A stretch of 34,014 bases of DNA from Actinomycetota bacterium (GTDB lineage: Bacteria; Actinomycetota; Humimicrobiia; Humimicrobiales; Humimicrobiaceae), in assembly GCA_028696435.1 (NCBI GenBank), contig JAQVHC010000002.1, forward strand, positions 1-34,014, in the 5' to 3' direction. The first letter of the stretch is position 1; every line of letters begins with the position of its first letter. Positions 9,379 to 17,543 of the stretch are shown piece after piece. The notes beneath the pieces were generated by a model. It made no database searches and was not told the origin of the DNA. It saw only the letters and a program-made list of their open reading frames with translations. Position numbers and translations under genes: made by a program.

Positions 9379-10383
9379 ATGAAAGAAGCATATCTTTATA
9401 AAAAAATTATTGACAAAAAAGTCAGATGTGACCTTTGTAATCACAGGTGTGTTATAGACAATTCCGAAAAGGGTAAATGCTGTGTTAGACAGAATATCGA
9501 TGGTACGCTTTATTCACTGGTGTATAGAAAGTTAATAGCGGAGAATTCTGACCCGATTGAAAAAAAGCCACTGTTTCATTTTTTGCCGGGAACATATTCA
9601 CTATCTGTTGCAACAATGGGATGTAACTTTAGATGCTTTTTTTGCCAGAATTTTAATATTTCACAGTTACCGCATGATTTGAATATGATAGAAGGAACTG
9701 ATGTCTCTCCCGAAATGCTGGTAAGTCATGCGCTGGCCGGTGGAGATAAGAGTATTTCATATACTTATACTGAACCTACTGTTTTTTTTGAGTATGCTTA
9801 TGATACAGCAAAGCTTGCGAGCCAGAAAGGGTTAAAGAATGTATTTGTAACTAATGGTTTTATGACACGGGAATGTTTGATGATGATAGAGCCTTACCTT
9901 GATGCAGCAAACATTGATTTAAAAAGTTTTTCTGAAGACACATATAAAGAAAAAATAGGGGGCAGATTAAAACCTGTATTAAATAATATTATACTAATGA
10001 AAAAGCTTGGTATATGGGTTGAAGTTACGACTTTAATAATACCGGGCATAAACGATTCTAGAGGTGAACTGCAGAAAATTGCAGAATTTCTGGCAGGAAT
10101 TGATAAAGGAATACCGTGGCACATAAGTGCTTACTATCCGCAGTATAAATCAAAAATTCCTCCGACAGGTGTAGAAAAGATAGAAGCTGCTATAGATATC
10201 GGAAAAAAAGCTGGCTTAAAATATGTATATGGAGGCAATACTCCGGGAAGTTTTTATGAAAACACATTATGCCCGGCATGTAATACTATACTTATCAGGC
10301 GTACTGGATTTCTGATTACGGATAACAAAATAAAAAATGGACTCTGCCCTGAATGTGGTGAAAAAATAGAGGGTGTATTTTAA
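9379..10383 (+). CDS. Radical SAM enzyme, AmmeMemoRadiSam-system type (PflA-like activase fold)
   Basis: CNFRCFFCQN (CX3CX2C) radical SAM cluster motif. Also an N-terminal Cys cluster CDLCNHRCVIDNSEKGKC, DPIEKKPLFHFLPG, and a C-terminal CPACN...CPEC pair. Length and motif order fit the AmrS-type family. Confidence 0.75.
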   Translation: MKEAYLYKKIIDKKVRCDLCNHRCVIDNSEKGKCCVRQNIDGTLYSLVYRKLIAENSDPIEKKPLFHFLPGTYSLSVATMGCNFRCFFCQNFNISQLPHDLNMIEGTDVSPEMLVSHALAGGDKSISYTYTEPTVFFEYAYDTAKLASQKGLKNVFVTNGFMTRECLMMIEPYLDAANIDLKSFSEDTYKEKIGGRLKPVLNNIILMKKLGIWVEVTTLIIPGINDSRGELQKIAEFLAGIDKGIPWHISAYYPQYKSKIPPTGVEKIEAAIDIGKKAGLKYVYGGNTPGSFYENTLCPACNTILIRRTGFLITDNKIKNGLCPECGEKIEGVF

Positions 10384-10565
10384 AACATTAAATATTAAGT
10401 TTAATCTTTGAATTCTATTGCCAGAAAAGATTTTAAAGACGCAGATAGAAGGATATAAGTATGTTCTGTCAGTGTATTATTAAAACAGATAACAAATAAT
10501 GAGTAAGCTTTGCTTAACTTTTAAATAAAATTATCTTATAATATCTTTCTGTTTGTTATCTTAAA

Positions 10566-10639
<74 letters not shown>

Positions 10640-10719
10640 TATTATTTAGAAATTCATTTCCGTAAACTTATAAAAGTTGCTTTTAAAATTAAAGATAATT
10701 ATATAATAAAGGATTTTGA

Positions 10720-11493
10720 ATGAATAATAACCTGGCTGCTATTGAAGTGTTTAACCTGACCAAAAATTTTGGAAAATTAACTGCTGTAAATAATTTGAAT
10801 CTAACGGTTAAAAGAGGAGAAGTATTTGGCTTTCTTGGTCCAAACGGTGCAGGGAAAACAACGACTATTAAGCTAATGACAGGACTTCTTAAACCTTCAT
10901 CTGGAGTTATCAGAATTATGGGAGTGGATATACAGGAAAATCCTGTAGAGGCAAAGAAATTTATAGGCCTTATACCAGAAGAACCAAAATTGTATGATAA
11001 ATTAACAGGCAGAGAGTTTCTCAGATTTATGGGAAATATTTTTGGATTAAACAGGGAAGAAATTGAGAAAAAGACTAAGGAGCTTTTAAAAATTTTTGAT
11101 CTTAATGATAAAGGTGATGAATTAATTCAGAGTTACTCACACGGGATGAAGCAGAAAATTGCTATTGCGGGTGCACTGATTCATTCACCAGAAATACTTT
11201 TTTTTGATGAGCCTACAGTTGGCCTTGATCCTAAAAGCGCAAAAATAATAAAAGATATTATAAGGTTGAGAGCAGAATCAGGCGATTGTATTTTTATGTC
11301 CACTCATATTCTTGAAATTGCTGAGAGAATATGTGATAGGGTAGGCATTATTCATAATGGACAGTTAATAGCAATTGGAAATATGGAAGATTTAAGAAAA
11401 TTATCTGTGGAGAAAAAAGGTAATCTTGAAGAGATTTTCCTCCAGCTAACCGGGGGAGCTGAGGATATGGACATAATTAAGTCGCTGGCTTAA
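10720..11493 (+). CDS. ABC transporter ATP-binding protein (ABC-2/DrrA-like subfamily)
   Basis: Walker A GPNGAGKTT, variant signature YSHGMKQK, Walker B ILFFDEPTVGLD, H-loop STHIL. Confidence 0.85.
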   Translation: MNNNLAAIEVFNLTKNFGKLTAVNNLNLTVKRGEVFGFLGPNGAGKTTTIKLMTGLLKPSSGVIRIMGVDIQENPVEAKKFIGLIPEEPKLYDKLTGREFLRFMGNIFGLNREEIEKKTKELLKIFDLNDKGDELIQSYSHGMKQKIAIAGALIHSPEILFFDEPTVGLDPKSAKIIKDIIRLRAESGDCIFMSTHILEIAERICDRVGIIHNGQLIAIGNMEDLRKLSVEKKGNLEEIFLQLTGGAEDMDIIKSLA

Positions 11494-11541
11494 AAGGCTT
11501 AAAAAATATATACCCATTTTATATGCCTGGCTTATTATTTA

Positions 11542-13260
11542 ATGCTTAGTTTATTACTTAAGAATAAATTTAATATTTTTTTATCGGGATTTACCAGAGA
11601 AGAGAAAAAGAAAAGAACCGGTAGAATAATTGGAACTATAACATGTGTTCTTATTTTTTCCCTTATTTTTTATTATTCATCTAAACTTTTTTCATTTGTT
11701 TATAGCAGGCTTGATGCAGGGTTAGCAAATACCATAATGGTTATAGCGCTTGATTATACGTTTGCCATTGTATTTATCTTTATATTATTTACAGGTATTG
11801 CTACAAGTCTTTATATACTCTACCAGTCAGGTGATCTGGAACTATTACTGAGTTTGCCAATTAGTTACAGGACGGTTTTTACATATAAGTACATAGAAGC
11901 TTTAATTTCAAATTCTTACTTATTTTTTATAACAGTATTTCCATTTCTACTGGCCTATGGTGCAACATCAAAAATTCCAGTTGCTTATTATCCGGTAATG
12001 CTTATAGTTTTTATTTCTGTTGTATCTCTTCCAACAAGTTTTGGGGTTCTAATAGGTATGGTTGCTGCAAGATATATTAATCCGGCAAGAGCAAGAGAAA
12101 TGCTTGCTGTTGTAGGAGGGCTACTGGGTTTTCTTATATGGCTGGTTTCACAAATTTTACCCCGCTACATTGAAAATCTGATTCCAGATTTAAAAGCAAT
12201 GGAAACAGAAAGTATACAACAGTATATAGTAAATACATTTGATAAACCGTTTTTAAAAATGCTGCCTTCGACAGCGGGTTCAAATGCATTATCTTCCTTT
12301 CATAATGGTGATTATGGGAATTTTGCACTAAATTTTATATTAATAAGTTTTATTTCTGTAATAATTACCGTTCTTTGTATAATGCTTTCCCAGAGGTTAT
12401 ATTATGCAGGATGGTCAGGTGCTTCCCAGATGGCAACAGGTAAAAAAAGGTTTAAAAAGTCTAAAGCAGAGGAAGCAGAGAGAATAAGTGATAAAAAATA
12501 CAGGTTATCACTATTTTCTGGCATTAACTATATAGTGGTTAAGGATTTTAAATTGCTTATTAGAGACACGAGGAAACTTATACAAATACTTATGCCGGCT
12601 GTTATGTTTGTTTTTATATTTTTCCTGTCACTGAATCCGGGTGATATTGAATCAGGAAGCGAAATCGATTTTTTTATAGATATTAAAACGCTCTTTTTTT
12701 TGTTTATTCCACTGCTAATTTCAGGAATGGTAAATACAAATGTTTCCGGTAATAGTGTTGGCAGCGAGGGATTAAATTTCTGGATGTTAAAAGCATCCCC
12801 TCTGCATCCGAAAGAAATCCTTAAGGCAAAAGTTATCTATGGTTCTTTTGTGTCAGCGGTAATTGGATGTATATTTATGCTAGTGCCTTATTTTTATTTA
12901 AGAGTACAGGTATTGATTTTTGTAATGGGTCTTATTCTTATGATTTTATTCAGCTGGGGAGATTCAGTTATCTGCACCTTTATTGGAGCTCTTTTTCCTG
13001 TATTTGAGCCATCTCAATCAAATAAAAATAATATTTCTTTTATGGGAAGCATACTGTCCTTATTATTCTTTGTAATATATTTACTTATTTTTAGTAGCAT
13101 TATAATCGGCATATTATTTGCTGCAAGTTATTTCAACTGGCAGGATTTTACTGCATTTTCTGTAATAATAGTAATTGAAGTGGTAATTAATTTAATTATA
13201 CATAATATATTAATAAATATAGGTGCAGCGAAATTAAATTCGATAGAGTGGAGATTATAG
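11542..13260 (+). CDS. Fused tandem ABC-2-type membrane permease (about 12 TM), substrate unknown
   Basis: 572 aa and very hydrophobic. Each half carries the ABC-2 hallmark loop: SGDLELLLSLPISYRTVF in the N-half and SEGLNFWMLKASPLHPKEIL in the C-half. A basic cytoplasmic linker KKRFKKSKAEEAERISDKK separates them. It sits directly downstream of the ATPase. Confidence 0.7.
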   Translation: MLSLLLKNKFNIFLSGFTREEKKKRTGRIIGTITCVLIFSLIFYYSSKLFSFVYSRLDAGLANTIMVIALDYTFAIVFIFILFTGIATSLYILYQSGDLELLLSLPISYRTVFTYKYIEALISNSYLFFITVFPFLLAYGATSKIPVAYYPVMLIVFISVVSLPTSFGVLIGMVAARYINPARAREMLAVVGGLLGFLIWLVSQILPRYIENLIPDLKAMETESIQQYIVNTFDKPFLKMLPSTAGSNALSSFHNGDYGNFALNFILISFISVIITVLCIMLSQRLYYAGWSGASQMATGKKRFKKSKAEEAERISDKKYRLSLFSGINYIVVKDFKLLIRDTRKLIQILMPAVMFVFIFFLSLNPGDIESGSEIDFFIDIKTLFFLFIPLLISGMVNTNVSGNSVGSEGLNFWMLKASPLHPKEILKAKVIYGSFVSAVIGCIFMLVPYFYLRVQVLIFVMGLILMILFSWGDSVICTFIGALFPVFEPSQSNKNNISFMGSILSLLFFVIYLLIFSSIIIGILFAASYFNWQDFTAFSVIIVIEVVINLIIHNILINIGAAKLNSIEWRL

Positions 13261-13272
13261 AAATGCTGGTGG

Positions 13273-13298
13273 TAATATTGCAGGTAGCAATATTATTT
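13273..13298 (+). terminator. Weak AT-rich intrinsic terminator after the ABC-2 operon
   Basis: taatattgc / gcaatatta 9-bp stem with a 5-nt loop aggta, followed by ttt. Confidence 0.35.
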
Positions 13299-13593
13299 AT
13301 CGAATCTATTTTAATCCCTTATATAAATATCTTTTATTAATTTTTATGACGGCTCCTTTAAAAAGATTTACTATATATGTACGGCACCTGGTTGTCTTCA
13401 AATTAGAACACAATTATAAAAAACCTCTGATAATAAAAGTATAAATAATATATTTATAATAGTATAAAAAATTATTTTTTTGGTATAATTATACATATAT
13501 AGAAGTTTTTATTATAATATAATAAAATCAGAGAAAAATAGATATTTGCAAAGCACAGTGGTATTTACGAAAATGTTTTTTTAATGATGCAAT

Positions 13594-15111
13594 ATGGACA
13601 AAAACTACGACATTAAAGAAAAATTATTATACGAATTAGAAAAAATACACAGCATAATAGATGAGTTAGAGAAACCACGCCTTGATTACAAAGAAGTTGA
13701 AGAAGAGCTGGAGGAAAATAGAAATAAGTACGAAGCTCTTATTAATTCAGCACCTTTTGGCATAATTACAATCGATACTAGAGGAATCATAACGTCAATT
13801 AATGATAAAGCACTCGATTTTATTGGCCAGATAAGAGAAGAAACGGTCGGAAAGCATTTTACAAAAATCAAATTTCTCAATGCCGAGGATATCCCGAGAT
13901 ATCTAAAAATAATGGCATTTGCCTTAAGCGGGAGAAAAGGTGTTCCTTTTGAAATTTCCGGTCTGGACAGAGAAGGCAATGAATTTTTCGGGGAAGTCAG
14001 TTATGGGCTGGTAGAAAAGAATGGACAGGTTAAATCGATTCAGGTATTTATAACTGATATAACTGACAGGAAAAAGACCGAGGATAAATTAAGATATGTA
14101 AAATTTCATGATAATTTAACTGGCTTATTTAACAGGACTTATTTTGAAGAGGAAATCGCAAGGCTTGATACAGAAAGGCAACTTCCTCTGAGTTTTATTA
14201 TTGGTGACGTTAATGGACTTAAAATAATTAATGATACTTATGGCAATAAAGAAGGAGACCTTGTCCTTAAAACAATAGCGGAAATTTTGAAAGAACACTG
14301 CAGAAAGGAAGATATAATATCAAGGTGGGGGGAAGATGAATTTGCAATCCTGCTTCCACAAACCAGTGCGGATTATTCAAAAAAAATAGTAAGCAGAATT
14401 AAAAAAGCATGCCAGAGATCCACCACCACTGCAGCAAAATTTGATTTTTCAATAGGCACTGCAACAAAAGAAAAGCCAGAACAAAATATGCAGGATGTTA
14501 TAAGAGATGCTAAAGATGAAATGTATAAAAATAAGTTATTTGAATTAAAGAGCATACCTGATTCTGTTATATCATCATTTCTGGACTCTTTGCTACAATC
14601 AAGTTATGAAACAAGAGAGCATGGGAAAAGAGTTAGAAAAATGGTTCTAAAACTTGGAAAGGCAAAGGGACTACCAAAGAGCAAGCTAGACCAGCTTTCG
14701 ATGCTTGCGGACCTTCATGACCTCGGGAAAATAGCTATTCCGGATGATATTGTTACAAAAAAAGACCAGTTAAGTGATAGAGACTGGAAGGTGTTGAGAA
14801 GCTATCCCGAGATTGGATACAACATAGCTCTGTCATCACAAAAATTTTCCAGTATTGCAGAATATATTCTGACACACCATGAAAGGTGGGATGGTAAAGG
14901 TTATCCACAGGGATTAAAAGGTGAAGATATACCTTTGCTTTCAAGAATAACAGCAATAGCTGATGCTTATGATGTTATGAGAAGCGGCAGATTCTACAAG
15001 AGGACTTTAAGCAAGAATGAAGCTATTGAAGAATTAAGAAAATCCAGCGGAACGCAGTTTGACCCTACACTCGTAGAGGAGTTTATAAAAATTCTGGAAG
15101 AAGAAGAATAA
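13594..15111 (+). CDS. PAS - degenerate GGDEF - HD-GYP c-di-GMP signalling protein (probable phosphodiesterase)
   Basis: Coiled-coil plus PAS domain (SAPFGIITIDTRGIITSINDKA ... ITDRKKTE). GGDEF-type domain (DNLTGLFNRTYF ... RWGEDEFAILL). HD-GYP domain (LADLHDLGKIAIP ... HHERWDGKGYPQGL ... FDP). Confidence 0.85.
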   Translation: MDKNYDIKEKLLYELEKIHSIIDELEKPRLDYKEVEEELEENRNKYEALINSAPFGIITIDTRGIITSINDKALDFIGQIREETVGKHFTKIKFLNAEDIPRYLKIMAFALSGRKGVPFEISGLDREGNEFFGEVSYGLVEKNGQVKSIQVFITDITDRKKTEDKLRYVKFHDNLTGLFNRTYFEEEIARLDTERQLPLSFIIGDVNGLKIINDTYGNKEGDLVLKTIAEILKEHCRKEDIISRWGEDEFAILLPQTSADYSKKIVSRIKKACQRSTTTAAKFDFSIGTATKEKPEQNMQDVIRDAKDEMYKNKLFELKSIPDSVISSFLDSLLQSSYETREHGKRVRKMVLKLGKAKGLPKSKLDQLSMLADLHDLGKIAIPDDIVTKKDQLSDRDWKVLRSYPEIGYNIALSSQKFSSIAEYILTHHERWDGKGYPQGLKGEDIPLLSRITAIADAYDVMRSGRFYKRTLSKNEAIEELRKSSGTQFDPTLVEEFIKILEEEE

Positions 15112-15229
15112 CTTTCAGAAGGTAATAGCTCTTTATTAAAAAACCTGTCAGGTTCCTCCAGTAATTGAAATAAAATTAAGTAGTCAGAAGGGGAGTAAAA
15201 GGGCATAGTATATTACCAGTTAAGAGTAT

Positions 15230-16408
15230 TTATTTTATTCTATTCTGTTCTATTAGCTTTGCTATAGTTAGTTTATCTTCGCCAAACTTATCTGATATCT
15301 TATCAATTGCAATAGCGAGATTTTCATCCTTTGATTCATCTGGATAAAATAGATATCCGGGTAACATGGAAACTGGTTTAAGATCGCCTGCATAAATTCC
15401 TACGAGCCTTATTTTTTTTCTTTTTAGATCAAGATTATCAAGGAGCGTGATAGCGGATCTGTAAATTTCAAATATACTGGAAGTATATTTTTTTAAAGTT
15501 TTCCTGGTTGTTATTGTTTTAAAGTCAGAATATCTCACCTTTAAAGTAATAACCCTGCCTTTATATTTTTTCATGCGGAGATTTCTGTATATTTTTTGTG
15601 AAAGAATAAGAAGTGTTGACCTGAGCGTCTCGTAGTCATCCACATCTTTACTAAAAGTTACCTCTCTTCCTATTGACTCAGGCTCACGGTTCGGCTCTAC
15701 CTTCCTGTTATCGATTCCGTTTGCCATTTTATGTATAACTCTGCCTGGTTCACCAAATTTTTCCTCAAGGACTGCCAGTGGAGTGCTGGCAAGTTCTCCA
15801 ATAGTTTCAATTCCCATTGATTTAAGCTCATTCTCTGTAACTTTTCCCACACCCCACAGATAAGATACAGGCATAAGCTGGATTTTTCTTAAAACTTCTT
15901 CTGTGTTTTCAAGTACTGTAAAGCCGTTTGGTTTTCCTATGCTTGAGGCAAGTTTTGCGAAAAACTTATTTGGTCCGATACCTGCAGAGGAAGTCAGGTT
16001 TGTCTTTTCATATATTTTACCCTTTATTTTTTTAGCAATTTCCAGCTCATTACCGAAAAGTTTCTGGCAGCCAGTTACATCAAGGAATGCTTCGTCACAG
16101 CCCATTGATTCTACAAGAGGGGTAAATTGAAAGAAAATTTCTTTTATTTTTTCTGATTCTCTGAGATATTTTTCCATATTAACCGGGATATAAATTCCTT
16201 CCGGACATAACTTTTTTGCCCGGCTCAGGGGCATTCCTGAACATAAGCCATATTTTCTTGCTTCATAGGAGGCAGTTGAAATTACCCCCCTGTTTAGTGG
16301 ACCTCCGACTATCAGGGGTTTGTTTTTATATTCTGGATGGTCTCTCTGTTCTATCTGGGCAAAAAAGGCATCCATGTCTATATGTATTATTTTTCTCATA
16401 TTATCCAT
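15230..16408 (-). CDS. dinB: DNA polymerase IV (Y-family translesion polymerase)
   Basis: N-terminus KIIHIDMDAFFAQIEQRDHPEYKNKPLIVGG, SYEARKYG, DEAFLDVTG and LPVSYLWGVGKVT are all canonical DinB motifs. Confidence 0.9.
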   Translation of the reverse strand: MDNMRKIIHIDMDAFFAQIEQRDHPEYKNKPLIVGGPLNRGVISTASYEARKYGLCSGMPLSRAKKLCPEGIYIPVNMEKYLRESEKIKEIFFQFTPLVESMGCDEAFLDVTGCQKLFGNELEIAKKIKGKIYEKTNLTSSAGIGPNKFFAKLASSIGKPNGFTVLENTEEVLRKIQLMPVSYLWGVGKVTENELKSMGIETIGELASTPLAVLEEKFGEPGRVIHKMANGIDNRKVEPNREPESIGREVTFSKDVDDYETLRSTLLILSQKIYRNLRMKKYKGRVITLKVRYSDFKTITTRKTLKKYTSSIFEIYRSAITLLDNLDLKRKKIRLVGIYAGDLKPVSMLPGYLFYPDESKDENLAIAIDKISDKFGEDKLTIAKLIEQNRIK

Positions 16409-16436
16409 AATAGACCTACCTATAACAAACCAGCTT

Positions 16437-16628
16437 CTATCGTCTTAAGTAAATTATTTTTGTTGCTTCTTTATAGAATTCTATTGCTCCGCTCATTACA
16501 TATTTATCTGTAAGGGCAACTGCTTTCATTTCATTTATGGAAGCAGTATTTACCAGGTCCTTTATTTTTATTGTGGACTCCATCAGGCTGTATTCACTAT
16601 GTACATGAAGATGCGAAAAAAAAGTCAT
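16437..16628 (-). pseudogene. 5' remnant (63 codons) of a DnaE-type DNA polymerase III alpha subunit (PHP domain N-terminus)
   Basis: MTFFSHLHVHSEYSLMES...AVALTDKYVMSGAIEFYKEA matches the first ~57 residues of DnaE/DnaE2, then stops 28 nt before dinB. An AGGAG SD lies 8 nt upstream of this ATG. The ORF-track start at 16730 lies inside the promoter. Confidence 0.6.
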
Positions 16629-16701
16629 TTTGCCCACTCCTGACAGCAGGTTTATAAATGATTCACGCGTATAAAATGTGAATAAAATTAACTGCTCTTC
16701 T

Positions 16702-16730
16702 ATAATACTACCGAACGCCTGTTCGGTCAA
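16702..16730 (-). promoter_or_regulatory. Sigma-70-type promoter of the dnaE-remnant/dinB unit
   Basis: Read on the minus strand: TTGACC (16730-16725), a 17-nt spacer, then TATTAT (16707-16702). Confidence 0.6.
16712..16725. promoter_or_regulatory. LexA operator (Gram-positive Cheo-box type)
   Basis: CGAACgcctGTTCG is a perfect GAAC-N4-GTTC palindrome, with 6-bp arms ccgaac/gttcgg. It fills the spacer between the -35 and -10 elements. Confidence 0.7.
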
Positions 16731-16880
16731 TAGGGTTTAGATATTTTGGTGATAATTATTCAGGGGTTGATTTTCTTATTTTTTTATATATAATAAGGCA
16801 GTTTGCCGGATATTATTAATAAATGTTTTAATTAAATTATTATTATTTTAATCTGCAGGGTATAGAAAGGCAGTAAAGGC

Positions 16881-16971
16881 ATAAGAAGACATATAAAGAT
16901 ATAAATAAGAAGATATATAAAGACACAGGGAATTGTAGAGAGAAAGGTAGAGAGAAAGGATTAGAGAAAGG
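16881..16971 (+). repeat. Purine-rich direct repeats in the 5' leader of the 3D-domain gene
   Basis: A 19-mer ataagaaga(c/t)atataaaga occurs at 16881 and 16905. Three tandem 12-mers follow: tagagagaaagg (16936), tagagagaaagg (16948) and attagagaaagg (16960). The last provides the SD. Confidence 0.8.
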
Positions 16972-16979
16972 TCTGAAAT

Positions 16980-17543
16980 ATGAAAAAATACTATATGACT
17001 GTGCATATTTTATTCTGGATTCTTGTAGTAATTTTGCTATCTGGGGTATTATCATTTCTATTTTTAAAAGATTATAATTTTGCTTCCTTATTTCCATTTG
17101 CAAAAAGTGTGGAGCTTCCGCAAAAAGAAAAAGTAATTGTAACAAAAATAAAAGAAGTAGAAAAAAAAGTTGATTGGTATTATTTTGTTGCTACTGGTTA
17201 TAGTGCTAATGACCCGGCACAGGGCACCGATGATACAACCGCGACAGGCGAAGAGGTAGAGGAAGGAATAATTGCAGTAGACCCTGATGTAATTCCTCTT
17301 GGAACAAAAGTTGAGATTAAGGAAATGGGAGTATTTACCGCAGAGGATACCGGCGGGAAAATTAAGGGTAATAGAATAGATATATTTTTTAATTCAAAAA
17401 AAGAAGCAAAAGATTTTGGTAAAAAAGGTGTGTGGATCAGAATAATAAACGGTAATTCAAAACTGGAACTGGCTGACCTGTATGGAAGTGTGCCTGTGTA
17501 TAGCGGCACCCGCCAGTATGGCAATTTATCAACATATGAATAA
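16980..17543 (+). CDS. 3D-domain protein (RlpA/MltA-like double-psi beta-barrel; cell-wall associated)
   Basis: N-terminal TM anchor. C-terminal ATGYSANDP...TATGEEVEEGIIAVDPDVIPLGTKVEI...GVFTAEDTGGKIKGNRIDIFF carries the three conserved Asp residues of the 3D domain. Confidence 0.8.
   Translation: MKKYYMTVHILFWILVVILLSGVLSFLFLKDYNFASLFPFAKSVELPQKEKVIVTKIKEVEKKVDWYYFVATGYSANDPAQGTDDTTATGEEVEEGIIAVDPDVIPLGTKVEIKEMGVFTAEDTGGKIKGNRIDIFFNSKKEAKDFGKKGVWIRIINGNSKLELADLYGSVPVYSGTRQYGNLSTYE

Noticed and set aside
13261-13593. A c-di-GMP riboswitch upstream of the GGDEF/HD-GYP gene.
   Set aside because: There are no GEMM-like conserved stems or GNRA/receptor motifs. The region is AT-rich and has only an extended -10 (TGGTATAAT).
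15112-15229. A terminator between the convergent GGDEF/HD-GYP and dinB genes.
   Set aside because: The only candidate is a 5-bp stem (aacct/aggtt, ~15141-15153) with a short T-run on the minus strand. That is too weak to call.
16629-16730. The N-terminal 34 codons of the 97-aa ORF-track model (MTEQAFGS...).
   Set aside because: This extension would start within the -35 hexamer and run through the LexA box and the -10. The internal ATG at 16628 has a proper AGGAG SD and begins exactly at the conserved DnaE N-terminus.
16731-16979. A ydaO-type c-di-AMP riboswitch upstream of the 3D-domain gene.
   Set aside because: The context is typical for that riboswitch, but the sequence lacks its conserved pseudo-symmetric GC-rich cores. 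It is a polypurine repeat tract instead.
16843-17145. A 100-aa minus-strand ORF with PFSNPFSLPFSLQF repeats.
   Set aside because: The apparent peptide repeat is the reverse translation of the purine-rich tandem DNA repeats in the leader. The ORF also overlaps the start of the 3D-domain gene.
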